From Candidatus Spongiisociaceae bacterium (GTDB taxonomy: Bacteria; Actinomycetota; Acidimicrobiia; Spongiisociales; Spongiisociaceae), in assembly GCA_965262915.1 (NCBI GenBank), contig OZ253564.1, positions 608,001 to 672,000 on the forward strand: 64,000 bases of DNA, given 5' to 3'. Below the pieces are notes generated by a model, which did no database searches, had not been told where the DNA came from, and worked only from the letters and a program-made list of their open reading frames with translations. Positions 1 through 13,985 of the stretch are shown one piece after another (within the stretch, counting starts at the first letter, position 1; every line of letters starts with the position of its first letter). Position numbers and translations under genes: made by a program.

Positions 1-62
1 CGTCCACGGTCGTGACGGTGCGGGTCAAAAGCCCCGGGCAACCGGGGTGACAGAGCCCGGCC
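1..62 (+). ncRNA. 3' portion (P3.1/P4/P4.1 region) of a probable glmS ribozyme, cut by the window edge
   Basis: CACGGTCGTGAC...CGGGT-CAAAA-GCCCCGG-GCAA-CCGGGGT-GACAGA-GCCCG: GNRA-capped hairpin inside an A-rich internal loop, resembling the P4 domain of glmS ribozymes; lies ~240 nt upstream of glmS. Catalytic core would be outside the window. Confidence 0.65.
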
Positions 63-300
63 GGTGTGGAACCCCCCGCGTGCGCGCACCCAGGCAGCAC
101 GCCGGGGGACAGCGTGAGTCCGTGCCGGACGTTCTCCCGAGCGGGGAACCCCCGGTGCGGAGCGCAGGGCCAAGGGTGCCCTTTCGCACCCGGCTGCCCG
201 CACCTCTCCGATCGGTCCCGGATCCGGGATCGGCAAGGCCCGGAACCTCCGGGGTGTCCGGAACAGCGGATGGACGAGCAGAGCCGGTTCGGAGGCGCGC

Positions 301-2139
<1,839 letters not shown>

Positions 2140-2303
2140 CTGTCGGTTGTCCGTTGCCGGTTGCCAGTCGTAGGTAGCCTGTGGTGGAAGGTTCAGGTCT
2201 GTACTAGCCCGAGCGAGTCAGGTCGGCAAGATCTCAATGGGCTCAAGCGTTCCCTGCGCGTGAGATTGAGTGGCCAGTGACGACTCACACAACCGACACC
2301 CGA

Positions 2304-2387
2304 CACCTGGCACCTGGCACCTGGCACCTGGCACCTGGCACCTGGCACCTGGCACCTGGCACCTGGCACCTGGCACCTGGCACCTGG
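2304..2387 (+). repeat. Heptamer tandem repeat (CACCTGG)x12
   Basis: 12 perfect copies read directly, preceded by degenerate AACCGAC/ACCCGAC units. Confidence 0.97.
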
Positions 2388-2408
2388 CCTCCGCCTACCC
2401 TGCGGGCC

Positions 2409-2798
2409 ATGCGCATCATCGGGCTGGGGGTCGACCTCGCCGACATATCCCGGATCGAGCGGCTGCTAGTCCGCTATCCCCGCTTCGCCCGGCGCTGTTT
2501 CACTTCTCACGAGCAGGAGTACGCCGAGCGGTTTGCCCGCCCGGCCCGCCGCTACGCCGCCCGCTTCGCCGGCAAGGAAGCGGTGATGAAGTCACTCGGC
2601 ACCGGGTACCGGCAGCTGCGCTGGACCGACATCGAGATCACAGGGGGCGGCAAGCCGACGGTGAACCTAACCGGAACCGCGGCAGCTCGGGCCGAGCAGC
2701 TCGGCGTTACCCATTTCGAGGTGGCCATCACCCACACGGACACCGACGCGCTGGTGTTCGCGGTGGCGCTAGGGGAGCACCGCGTCGGCGAAGGCTGA
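2409..2798 (+). CDS. acpS: Holo-[acyl-carrier-protein] synthase
   Basis: MRIIGLGVDLADISRI, AARFAGKEAVMKSLGTG, AITHT motifs; real start is ATG 2409, after the heptamer repeat. Confidence 0.93.
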   Translation: MRIIGLGVDLADISRIERLLVRYPRFARRCFTSHEQEYAERFARPARRYAARFAGKEAVMKSLGTGYRQLRWTDIEITGGGKPTVNLTGTAAARAEQLGVTHFEVAITHTDTDALVFAVALGEHRVGEG

Positions 2799-2825
2799 CA
2801 CCGGATCGGAAAGGAGACCATGCCC

Positions 2826-5800
2826 TCAGGACCGTTCACCGGGCGTTGCCGGCGAGTCGCCCGAACTCCGGACTTCCTGGACACCCGCGGGCGAGGGTAG
2901 CGTCCACAACCTGCCCCAGCAGGCAACCGTGCCGTCGGTGCGAAGCCCGCAAGAGTGCTCGTATCCGCCGACGAGCATGGTGAACCGCCCTTCCGGTGGG
3001 TGCACCTGCTGACTGTACGTTTTGGCCCAGCAGACTACCGTGCCGTCGGTGCGTATCCCGCACCAGCGACGGAAACCGGCGGCAAGTGCGGTGAACCCCG
3101 TGGTCGGCGAGACCGGCGGTTCCGGGACGTGGGAACCGCAGCAGGTGACGGTTCCGTCTTCTCGGATCCCGCAACTGGCGCCGTCAGCGACACCTAGGGC
3201 GGTGAACCGGCCTTCCGGTGGTTCGGCCTGCCCGCTGAAGGGGCGGGTATTCAGCGGGTAAACCCCCGGTGACCCCATCAACCCCTGCACCCCGTCCGGC
3301 GGTGCCCGCCACTGCGACGAGCCCCAGCATGTGATCGTCTCATCCGTGCGGAGCCCGCAGGAGAAGCGGTCCCCGGCGGCGAGCTGGGTGAACCGGTCTT
3401 CCGGTGGGTACGTTCGGTCGCTACGGTCGTTGCCCCAGCAGGCGGCGGCGCCGTTACTTCGAAGCGCGCAGGCATGGTAGGGACCGGAGGTCAGCGCGGT
3501 GTATTCCCCGCGCGCCGAGTTGCGCCACTGGCCCAGGTGATCGCTCCAGTCCCAGCACTCGACATCGCCGCCGACCCTTATCCCGCAGTGCGCTCGCCCG
3601 ACCGCCGCTATGGCGGCGAACCGGCCTGCCGGTTCATATATCTGCTCGTAGCCCCAGCAGGCTACGGTCCCGTCGGTTCTGATCGCGCAGTTTCCGACTA
3701 TTGAGGTGAATTGGCCCTCCGGTTCATTTCCCTGCCGGTAGGGGTTGGAGTCCCAGCAATCGATGGTGCCGTCGGTTCTGATCCCGCAGGCTTCGGTTAT
3801 GAAGGTGAATCTGCCGTCCGGTTGGCCTCCCCACCCGGTGATGCTTATTCCGCAGCAGATCGCAGTGGCATCGACTCGTAACCCGCACGTATGGCGGTAG
3901 CCGGCGGCAAGGGCGGTGAACCGGCCGTCCGGGGCCGCGGAGTGCCGGTAGTCGTCGTCGCCCCAGCAGGTGACCTCACCGTCGGTGCGCAGCCCGCATG
4001 TGTACACCTCACCGGCGGTTAAGGAGGTGAACTGCCCGCCGGGTGCGTCGGCTTGTCCGAAGCGGTTGTCGCCCCAGCACGTGATGGCTCCGTCGGCGCC
4101 GAGCGCGCACGAGTGGTCACCTCCGGTGGTCACAGCGGTGAACGTCCCGGAGGGGGCGTTGAGCTGGTTCCAGTGGTTGTCGCCCCAGCAGGTGATGGTT
4201 CCGTCGGTGCCGAGCGCGCACGAGTGGTCACCTCCGGCGCTGACGCCTGTGAACGTTCCGGCGGGTGCCTTCGACTGGCCTGACCTGTTCCTGCCCCAGC
4301 AGTTGATGGTCCCTCTGGAGCGCAGCGCACAGGTGTGATGCCGACCGGCGTCCAGCGCGACGAACCGCTCGTCGGACACATCGAGTTGCCCGTACTGGTT
4401 CTTGCCCCAGCATGCGACGGTCTCGTCGGCGCGCAGCCCGCACGCGTGCTGGTGTCCTGCCGACACGGCACTGAACCTTCCGGGCGGCAGCGTCTGCTGG
4501 AGTAGATGTTGGTCCATCCAGTAGGGGCGTTCAGCCCTTCCCCAGCAGCTGATGGTTCCGTGGATCCGTATACCGCAGGTTTGGTTCACGCCTCCACTCA
4601 GGGCGATGAAAGGTCCCTCCGGCGTGCCGGCTTGGCCGCTGACATTGTTGCCCCAGCATGCCACGCTGCTGTCGGCCAAGAGCCCGCACGCGTGACCGGC
4701 GCCCGCGGACACCGCCGTGAACGGGCCCGCCCGCCCCGCATCCCCCGGCGGAGAGTGGGTTAGGTCGCGCACGCCTTCGGTGGGGGCTTCGACCAACAGG
4801 CCGCCCCAGCAACTGACCGTGCGGTCGGCTCGAAGCCCGCAGGAGTGGTCTCCTGCGGCGGTCAGAGCCGCAAAAGGTCCGTCTGGAACATCGAGTTGAC
4901 CGTGCGAGTCCCAGCCCCAGCAGGTGATCCTGCCGTCCGTGCGGAGCCCGCAGGAGTGGTGGGTGCCTACGGCGACGCCGCTGAACCGTCCGGAAGGGGC
5001 GTTCAACTGTCCGCGGCTGTTGCTGCCCCAGCAGGTGATCCTGCGGTCGGTGCGCAGTCCGCAGGTGTGGGTTTGACCGACGGCTATTGCTCTGAACCGC
5101 CCGTCAGGTGGTGTCGCTTGGCCGTTCTCGTTGTCGCCCCAGCATCTGACAGTGCCGCCGACGCGCAGTCCGCAGGTGAAGGTGGGGCCGGCGTCTATGG
5201 CGCCGAAGTAACCGCTGGGTGCCCGGGTCTGGCCGTTCTCGTTGTCGCCCCAGCAGGTGACTCCACCGGTGGTGCGGAGTCCGCAGGTGAAGGCGGCGCC
5301 GACCGTTATGGCTTTGAAGTGGCCGGCGGGTGCCCGGGTCTGGCCGTTCTCGTTGTCGCCCCAGCAGGTGACGGTGCCGCCGACGCGCAGCCCGCACGAG
5401 TGAGCAGGTCCCGTCGCCAGCGCAGTGAACGGTCCGACCCGTATGTTTGCTCTCTCGAGTTGTCCCCAGCAGACCGCGGCGCCGTCGGTCCGGATCCCGC
5501 ATGTGCGGCCGTCGCCCATGTCCAAGGTCGTGAAGCGTCCGCCGGGGGTGCGGTACCGGCTGGCATCGTCGTCCCCCCAGCAGTCCACGGAACCATCCAC
5601 TCTCAGACCGCACGAGTACTGGGTGCCGGAGGCCACGGAGGCGAAGTGCCCGCCCGAAGATCCGAATCCGGGCCTGCTCCACGCGTCTCCTCCCCAGCAG
5701 TCGATCGTGCCGTCCGGCCTCCGCCCGCACGAGAACCGGGCTCCCGCGGTTATTGCAGTGAATGGCCCGCCGGGCGCATCCAGTTGTCCGTTGCGGTTGC

Positions 5801-6195
5801 TGCCCCAACACAGGACGGATCCTTCGGTGCGAAACCCGCACACGTGGTCTTCGCCCACCGCAATCGAGCTGAACTCCCCGTACGCGAAGTCGGCATGGTC
5901 CGAGATTCTCCTGCTCCAGCAGGTGACGGAGCCGCCAGTCCGTATCCCGCACGACGTTTCCATGCCCGAGTCCAGCGCGGTGAACTTCCCGTCCGGCGGG
6001 TTCAGATTCCCGGAGGAGTTGTCGCCCCAGCACGTGATGGTACGGTCGGTGCGGATTCCACACGAGTAGGAATCACCGGCGGACACGGCGATGAATCTGC
6101 CGCCGGGTGGGTCGAGCAATCCATCCCGGGTCCAGCCCCAGCAGTCCAGAGTGCCGTTTGTCCGGATCCCGCAAGTGTGGAGGAAGCCTGCGCGC
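2826..6195 (-). CDS. RCC1/BLIP-II-like beta-propeller repeat protein (about 37-aa repeats); N-terminus frameshifted/degenerate
   Basis: Over 20 repeats of F.A..AG..H[ST]CG[LI]R.DG...CWG; the frame continues upstream of TTG 6119 as AGFLHTCGIRTNGTLDCWG to ~6195. Confidence 0.88.
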
Positions 6196-6719
6196 GACGG
6201 TGTCGGGTTCCGGCTGGTTGGTGTGTCCGTGCCAACGTACTATGGCGCCCTCGAGACCGAACCTGGCCGGCACCGAACAACGGTAGTCGTTGTAGCGGAC
6301 CTGCTCCCGGTGGGTGTCCAGGTAGGGATCGTCCCACCGGTCCACCGCCAGGCGGTCACCACGGTGGTTCCACAACCCCGCCGGGTGGGGGCGGCGTCGC
6401 AGGGTCGAAGGTCGAAGACCTGCTCGGGCGGCCAGACCCTCAACGTTGACCGGGGCTGCCACATCACCGCACCATCCCGACCAGCCCCACCACACCGCAT
6501 ATGTGGCCCGGTCCGTATGCGACCACCCTCACCCGATACGGCCCCCCGAATCACGGTCATAAACAATCCCTCCACCTCAGCCACCAAACGCCGGTACCGC
6601 ACCGGGCAACGGGCCACCCCACAAGAAGGCGTCCTCCACCCCCACAGCCACCACCAGACCCGCCAGCACCAACCCTGCTCGATCCAACCGGCCTTCGGTA
6701 TCGGGGGTTAGCGGAATAT
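6196..6719 (-). pseudogene. Degenerate signal peptide/SLH N-terminus of the RCC1 gene, abutting IS982
   Basis: Hydrophobic LVLAGLVVAVGV and SLH-like DVAAPVNVEGLAA remnants in different frames. Confidence 0.45.
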
Positions 6720-7650
6720 CTAGATGGTTAGTTCCAAGGTTTTGGTGGTCATATGCGATGAGGGAGCGTGCTGGGCCTGGTCGTTGGGTGGTTTCGTTGT
6801 GCCAGATGACGGTGGTGAGGGCGAGTATCGGTTGGAGGACAGGTGCCACAACACCCGCTTTGGTGCGTCCGCCGTGACGTTCGAGATCGAGTTGGCCCTT
6901 GAAGGTTTGGAAGATCGATTCGATGATGTGGCGGAAGGGTCGGAGGAACCGCTGGCCGCTTCTGGGCGCTTCTGTTTTTGTGGCGGGGCGGATGAGGGTC
7001 ATGTGGGCCTCGTTGAGGTCTTCCTCGAAGCTGGCGCTTCGGTATCCTTTGTCCGCCATGAGAGTTTGGCCCGCTCGGGCTAGGCGGGCGTGGGCGATCA
7101 TTTCTGTGGCGATGTCGCGTTCGTCCGCTTTGGCCGGCGCCAGCGCGAAGGCTATCGGCAGTCCCGATGGGGTGGCCACCAGGTGGAAGCGCAGCCCCCA
7201 GAAGTAGCGGGAGTGGGAGGCGCAGTAGCCGTATTCGGCCCATCCCCCCAGGTCAGAGCGTTGTTGGGTTGTGCGGCTGCGTCCGCACTCGACGGGCGTG
7301 GAGTCCACCAACCACAGGTCGTCATGCCACGACGGGCAGTCCCGGGCCAGCCAGGCGATGATGTGTTGCATCGTGAGGCCGAGGCGGCGTAGCCGCCTGT
7401 TGTAGGCGGATCGGGTAGGCAGATACGGGAACCATGGTTTGAGATGGGCGTGCGCGTAGCGCAAGAAACGGGCCTCGGAAGTGTATCTGAGCAGCGACTG
7501 GATCACCGCCAGGGTGACCAACTCGGCGTCGGACAGCTTGGGAGCGATCCCCACCGCGGGTCGCTCCGGCACCCACTCGGGATGCTGGATCAACAGATCA
7601 TCAACCGTCACATATACTGTGGTAGCAAGGGTGTCCAGGTCCGGGTTCAT
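6577..7650 (-). CDS. IS982-family transposase (stop lost, reads through the element end)
   Basis: PKLSDAELVTLAV, LVDSTPVECGRSR, GYCASHSRYFWG, ADKGY, IES; the family-typical end AYDH is followed by readthrough. Confidence 0.88.
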   Translation of the reverse strand: MNPDLDTLATTVYVTVDDLLIQHPEWVPERPAVGIAPKLSDAELVTLAVIQSLLRYTSEARFLRYAHAHLKPWFPYLPTRSAYNRRLRRLGLTMQHIIAWLARDCPSWHDDLWLVDSTPVECGRSRTTQQRSDLGGWAEYGYCASHSRYFWGLRFHLVATPSGLPIAFALAPAKADERDIATEMIAHARLARAGQTLMADKGYRSASFEEDLNEAHMTLIRPATKTEAPRSGQRFLRPFRHIIESIFQTFKGQLDLERHGGRTKAGVVAPVLQPILALTTVIWHNETTQRPGPARSLIAYDHQNLGTNHLDIPLTPDTEGRLDRAGLVLAGLVVAVGVEDAFLWGGPLPGAVPAFGG

Positions 7651-7756
7651 ACCAGGTCCTCCGGGATCGGGGAAGTTTTTTCACCCCGGATTCTGGACAC
7701 CCCCACCCCCAAAACGGTGGATTATCCACCCACACCCCTTGGAACTACTCATCTAG
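6720..7756 (-). mobile_element. IS982-family insertion sequence
   Basis: Terminal inverted repeats CTAGATGGTTAGTTCCAAGG / CCTTGGAACTACTCATCTAG with CTAG at both ends, enclosing the transposase. Confidence 0.9.
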
Positions 7757-7857
7757 ACGAGTTGTAACCGTTTGGTCCATCGATACCGTCCGGCGCTAAC
7801 CCGAAGAACCTCCACCCGGTGGTGATGCCCGTCTTATTACATGCTACGATAGGGGTG

Positions 7858-8139
7858 GTGATAAAGAGCTACAGCCACCGAGGACTCAGAAGGGCACACC
7901 AACGCGGCAACTACCACCAAGTCAACGCCGCCTACGCCAACCGGATCGCCCGAGTGATCGCCACCCTGCAGGCAGCAACCAAACCCTCAGACCTCGACAT
8001 CCCCGGATACCGGCTCCATCCACTCAAAGGCAACCTGGAAGGGTTCTGGAGCATCAGAGTTTCCGCCAACTGGCGGATCACCTTCCGGATGGACGGAGTC
8101 CACGTCGTAGACGTGGACCTAGTCGACTACCACAACTAG
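7858..8139 (+). CDS. higB: HigB/RelE-family toxin
   Basis: IKSYSHRGL...LDIPGYRLHPLKGNLEGFWSIRVSANWRITFR...VDLVDYH. Confidence 0.93.
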   Translation: MIKSYSHRGLRRAHQRGNYHQVNAAYANRIARVIATLQAATKPSDLDIPGYRLHPLKGNLEGFWSIRVSANWRITFRMDGVHVVDVDLVDYHN

Positions 8140-8151
8140 GAGCGAACACCG

Positions 8152-8460
8152 ATGCCCATGATGAAAGACCCCCCACATCCTGGCGGCACCATCAAAGAGG
8201 ACTGCATCGAGGCCGAAGGTCTCACTGTCACCGAAGCAGCCCGCATCCTCGGTGTAACCCGTCCCACACTCTCCCGCGTCCTCAACGGCCGCGGTGGGAT
8301 CTCACCAGAAATGGCAATCCGCTTCGAGAAGATCGGATGGTCCAACGCCGAGTTCTGGATGCGTCTCCAAACGTACTACGACCTCGCCCAAGCACGCCTC
8401 AACGAAGACCGGATCAACGTCGAGCCCTACCAACCCGCAGCCGCAGCCGCGGGCTCCTAG
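8152..8460 (+). CDS. higA: HigA-family HTH antitoxin
   Basis: PPHPG...[34 protein letters not shown]...FWMRLQ..YDL, directly downstream of the toxin. Confidence 0.93.
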   Translation: MPMMKDPPHPGGTIKEDCIEAEGLTVTEAARILGVTRPTLSRVLNGRGGISPEMAIRFEKIGWSNAEFWMRLQTYYDLAQARLNEDRINVEPYQPAAAAAGS

Positions 8461-8682
8461 ACCCGGGGGGACGTCGAATCGGCGTCCTCTGCCGTAGGTA
8501 AGGGGTAGCCCTTACCTCGTCGGTCACGGTCGATGGCCATGCAGGGCAAGGGCTATCTCGATGACCAGAACCGGGCGGGTCTCCCTGCGAGGAGGTTCCG
8601 CCAGGCCGTGAGCCTCACCGCTATGTGACGCAATACATCACGGGTCGGGGGCGGTTTCGGGGGTGGCGTAGGTTTGGTTCAG

Positions 8683-9947
<1,265 letters not shown>

Positions 9948-10115
9948 GGTTTGCCCGACGTGCGGACAATCTCCACCGCATCACGTTTGAACTCATCGGA
10001 GCACTTGCGTCTCGGTCGACTCCCTCCCAACAGGACTCCTTCCCCACACGCTGCGTCCATTCTCGGACATCAAACGCGCTCTTTGTGGAAGCGTCCGGCC
10101 ACCGGGGGGAACTCC
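9948..10115 (-). mobile_element. Left-end fragment of a second IS3-family element
   Basis: IR TGGAGTTCCCCCCGGTGGCCGGAC; orfA start RRKCSDEFKRDAVEIVRTSGK. Confidence 0.7.
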
Positions 10116-10129
10116 ACCCGGAGTACGGC

Positions 10130-11067
10130 TCATTTTGGGTGTTGTGGGTTGGTGGTGGGGCTGGTGTTGGTTCGGCCTTGTTGGAGGATCCAGTGGCGGA
10201 ATGCTTGGACTTCGGGTCTTTGTCTGGAGGCTGTGGTGGTGATGAGGCAGCAGCGTTCGGGGGTGTCGGCTTGGTGGTTGAGGACGGGGACCAGTGTTCC
10301 GTTTTCGAGTTCGGGGGCGATTAGGACGGGGCGGCCGATCGCGGCGCCGAGCCCGTGGGTGGCAGCGTCGATGACCATGCTGTACAGGCGGAAACCTGAC
10401 GCCTGGGTGAGGTCGGGGGAGGGCTGCTTTTGGCATGCGGACCAGTAAGCCCAGTCGGTGTCCCACCCTAGGTCGTATAGCAGGGGCCAGCCCTGGAGGT
10501 CGGCGGGGCTGTTGGGCCGACCACGAGCCGCGAGCAGGGTGGGGCTGCACACGGCGGTCAGGTGTTCTTGGTAGAGCGTTTCCTCGATTAGGGTGTCTTG
10601 GCGTCTGGCGACGGGGCGTGGCGCCGCGGTCACGCCGGTGTACGCGATCCAGGCGTCGAAGTCGCGTCGGTCGGGGTCGACACCGCGATGGTCGGTTTCT
10701 AACTCGATCGCTATACCCGGATGGGTTGCTTCGAGATCTGCGAGCCTTGGCACCAGCCATTTCTCGGCGACTGCTTCAACCGACACGATCCGAACATGGC
10801 GCGGCTGGTGGCTTAGCCGTTCGGTGACGCCGTGAACGTCGACGAGGATGCGCTGCACTTCCTTGAGGTAGACCCGGCCGAGGTGGTTGAGGACCACACT
10901 GCGGTGGTGGCGGTCGAAGAGTTGGACACCGAGATGCTCTTCGAGGTCCGGACACGGTAGGCAACAGCCGCGGCGGTGACACTTAGTTCGGCCGCGGCGC
11001 GAGCGAAGCTCTGGCAGCGGGCGGCTGCCTCGAAGAAGCGCAGGCTTTCGAGCGGGGGCAAACGCAA
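10130..11067 (-). pseudogene. LysR-family (GcvA/AmpR-like) regulator with a frameshift near 10950
   Basis: LPPLESLRFFEAAARCQSFARAAAELSVT in one frame; LEEHLGVQLFDR and the substrate-binding domain (WLVPRL, GLGAAIG) in another. Confidence 0.85.
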
Positions 11068-11650
11068 AGAGAGGTCTCGAACGTCGGGGACGGATCTGGC
11101 GGACCTGATTATGCCACAAAGCGTCCTAACCACCCCACAGATGGGATAGGCCTACTAGCGCGTAGCACAAGATGTATTATGTCTATACGGGTGTGCACAA
11201 CCACTCTACAATTTGATAGACGCCCCCTCGTAACACTAAGACCCATGATTCTGTGTATGGCCACTTCCGGCTTGCTCCAGGCAAAACAGTCGGCGGGTTC
11301 AGGCTGGGTCTTGGACTATTCGAGGCGGCCGTTCTATCGACCTTGCCTACAGTCACCCCACCCAGACATAAGGGATAATTGTGTCACTGATTAGCACGAG
11401 AGTCTTTATGCCTAATCGGAACAGGTATCCGCTATCAGTTTTGGTAGTCTTCTGACGGATATTAGGGGGCGGTCAGCAGTGCTGCCTTCGGCTCAGTCAA
11501 CAGGACCTGATCAGGCGGGAGCCGACGAGCCCCCACGGAACCGCGCAGGGCTAACTCGTAGTAGTCCGCCGATAAGCGGCTGGATCGTATCCTCAGTCGT
11601 GTAACGGAGTATCCCGACTGTCTTGCAAGACACGGATAGAGAAGAAAGGG

Positions 11651-12208
11651 TTGTTGATAGCCAAAAGGATTGTGCTCTTGTTAGCTGCTCTGACACTGGT
11701 TGCCGGGGCGTGCGGCGGAGCCGAAGAAACCACCACAGATACAGGGCCGGTGACGGTGTCCACCACTGCTGGTTCTACGGCTGAAACGGTTGAAGCCACA
11801 ACCACCGAGGTAACGGTGGATCTGAGCCAAGCGGGTACTCTTGCCGAGGTTCAGGCCCGCGGTTCTCTGCGTTGTGGCGTTTCGACCAGCGCAATCGGCT
11901 TCGCCGAGCCTCAGGACGACGGTTCCTTCAAGGGATTCGACGCCGACTACTGCCGGGCCGTGGCTGCGGCGGTTCTCGGTGATGCCAACGCGGTGGGGTT
12001 CGTCGGTACCACAGCCGCTGAGCGCTTCAACGTTCTGGCCGCCGGTGAGATCGATGTGCTGTTCCGTAACACCACCTGGACGCAGAGCCGGGACACGGAG
12101 ATCGGCGGCGACTTCGGACTCGAACCGCACAGTACCCCTATCATCCCAGGTCAGCAGCTTTTGACTTCAGGAGATTGTTACTTCGGGTGTTATATCGTGA
12201 TCGAGTGA
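11651..12208 (+). pseudogene. Truncated AapJ/BztA-like amino-acid ABC substrate-binding lipoprotein
   Basis: Lipobox LVAGAC; TLAEVQARGSLRCGV, GFDADYCRAVAAAVLGD, GEIDVLFRNTTWTQSRD; similarity stops after GGDFG (~12118). Confidence 0.85.
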
Positions 12209-12419
12209 AACCCCCTAATTTGCGGTCCCACGCTGCTACGCGGCATTCGTCGACGCCCATCAGTCCGCACATTTGCAGCGCCCGGCCCAGGTCCATCCCA
12301 CTCGCGGCGATCGCTTTGAACGCTACGGCACGTCCGGCGAGGTCGTGTGCGTAGGTTGGAGGTGAAGTCGAACCGGACATCGGTGGTATCCAGCTTGGCG
12401 GCGAATTCGTCGCCGCCAG

Positions 12420-13156
12420 ACGCTCTATCCGCAGCCTGGCGTTCTCCCGCTCCAGTTCCCCGAGTCGTCCCCGCTCACTGCAAGTGAGCCCTTCCGCTCA
12501 GCCCTGTTGATCTCATCCTGACCTACCCAGTTGCCCAGGGTGTGCGCCGAGCTGCGCCGCCGTGGTCGGCGGGTGAACCACAAACGTGTCGAGCGGCTGA
12601 CGAAGCGCCACCACCTCCCGGGTTTCGTGCCCCACAAGCTCGCAGTGCGGCACCTTCTGAGGCACGGACCTACCAGCGCCTCCGATCCGGGGCTGCTTGA
12701 GCGCTTGGAGGTCAGCCGGGCGCAAGCCACCCAGGTGCTCCGCCGCCTCGAAGACGCCGAGTTCGTGTACGCATTCCAGGACAGAGGGGAGTCGGCCGTC
12801 CCCGAAAGCTGTACGCAACTCGTCTCAGCCACGAGGAGACTGGAGTTCCCCCCATGGGCTGGACACTTGGTTTATGCGGCCGTGTGATGGTAGTAGTTGT
12901 CCTCCCATTCGTTCGGTGGCTGTTGCCCGATCGTGGAGTGAAGCCGGCGGGGGTTGTACCAGGCTTCGATCCAGTACCGGATCGATAGGCGGGCCTGGCG
13001 GCGGCTTCGGTAGTCGGCTCGGTTGACGAGTTCCTTCTTGAGGGTGCCGAGAAACGACTCGGCGGCGGCGTTGTCCCAGCACACCCCGATCCGTCCCACC
13101 GACTGTGCGATGCCATATGCCCGGCACAGCTGGGCGGTGGCCCTCAAGGTGAATTG
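12420..13156. mobile_element. Scrambled IS3-family fragments (orfA tail, orfB HTH piece, integrase C-terminus, right IR at ~12841-12866)
   Basis: VPRVCAELRRRGRRVNHKRVERL (+); CWDNAAAESFLGTLKKE...WYNPRRLHSTIG (-); IR TGGAGTTCCCCCCATGGGCTGGACA. Confidence 0.8.
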
Positions 13157-13431
13157 CCCGGGTTCAAGGGGTCGTTGCAACACTGCCTTGTTTGAGGGAG
13201 TGTAGGTTGGAGTTCCCCCCGGTGGCCGGACGAGACGCGTGATTTCACGCCGTGGCTGGCTGAGAACCTGGACCTGTTGGGGGAGGAACTCGGGCCGGGT
13301 TTGGAGGCTGTCGGGAGTCGGATCCAAACCGTTTTGTGCCTTTCGTGAAGGGAATCTGGGGAGTTACGACCCTCTATTCGGGCCCTGGGGTGGTACCAGG
13401 CTACCGGTTGCCTTCACAGAAGGGGCATTCC
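13157..13431. repeat. Right arm of the 275-bp inverted repeat
   Basis: Reverse complement of 8683-8957. Confidence 0.93.
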
Positions 13432-13871
13432 GTGAACAGAACCTTGAACTCCCCTTGGCGCGTCCGGCAGCGATGCTGGTAGCCGGATGGGACCTCCCCA
13501 TAGCAAACCCCGCCCGGGGCTAACCGTCGAGATAGCCCTTGCTATGTGTGGCTTATCGACCGTAGTCAGATGAGGTGGGTGCTACTCCAGGCTTGCGGCA
13601 GAGGACACCGACCGGGCCACCTCGGTGAATGTGTCACCAGCCTCGTACCGATCCCAAATTGTTGTCTGCTCCACAGTGTTCATATGACGGCCCATCACAA
13701 CACCTCCAACTCATCCCAGCCGGTATTTCCAGCCCAGGGTGTTGCGTTGACCCTCTGAGGCCACAGAGTCCTTGTCTATTGCTTTGTCCAAGGCTCGCGA
13801 TCACGGCATTGTTGAATGGCTGGCGAGCCAGTGTCATCCTATACTCCAGGTCTTAACCACGGAGTAAAGAA

Positions 13872-13985
13872 GCAAATACCGTCACATTCCAACAATCTAA
13901 TTATGGATAAGCACATGCCGTCACATTCCAACAATCTAATTATGGATAGGCAAATGTTGTCACATTCCAACAATCTAATTATGGA
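13872..13985. repeat. Three AT-rich direct repeats, 39-bp period, invariant 27-bp core GTCACATTCCAACAATCTAATTATGGA
   Basis: Cores start at 13881, 13920 and 13959; 12-bp linkers are related (TAAGCACATGCC, TAGGCAAATGTT). Confidence 0.93.

Noticed and set aside
2270-2408. N-terminal HLAPGTW-repeat extension of AcpS and ORF 2270-2983
   Set aside because: Translation of the non-coding heptamer array; AcpS homology starts at ATG 2409.
11230-11650. Amino-acid riboswitch upstream of the ABC binding protein
   Set aside because: No recognisable glycine, lysine or T-box consensus could be identified by eye.
13872-13985. CRISPR array
   Set aside because: Only three units; the 12-bp linkers are too short and similar to each other; no cas genes in the window.
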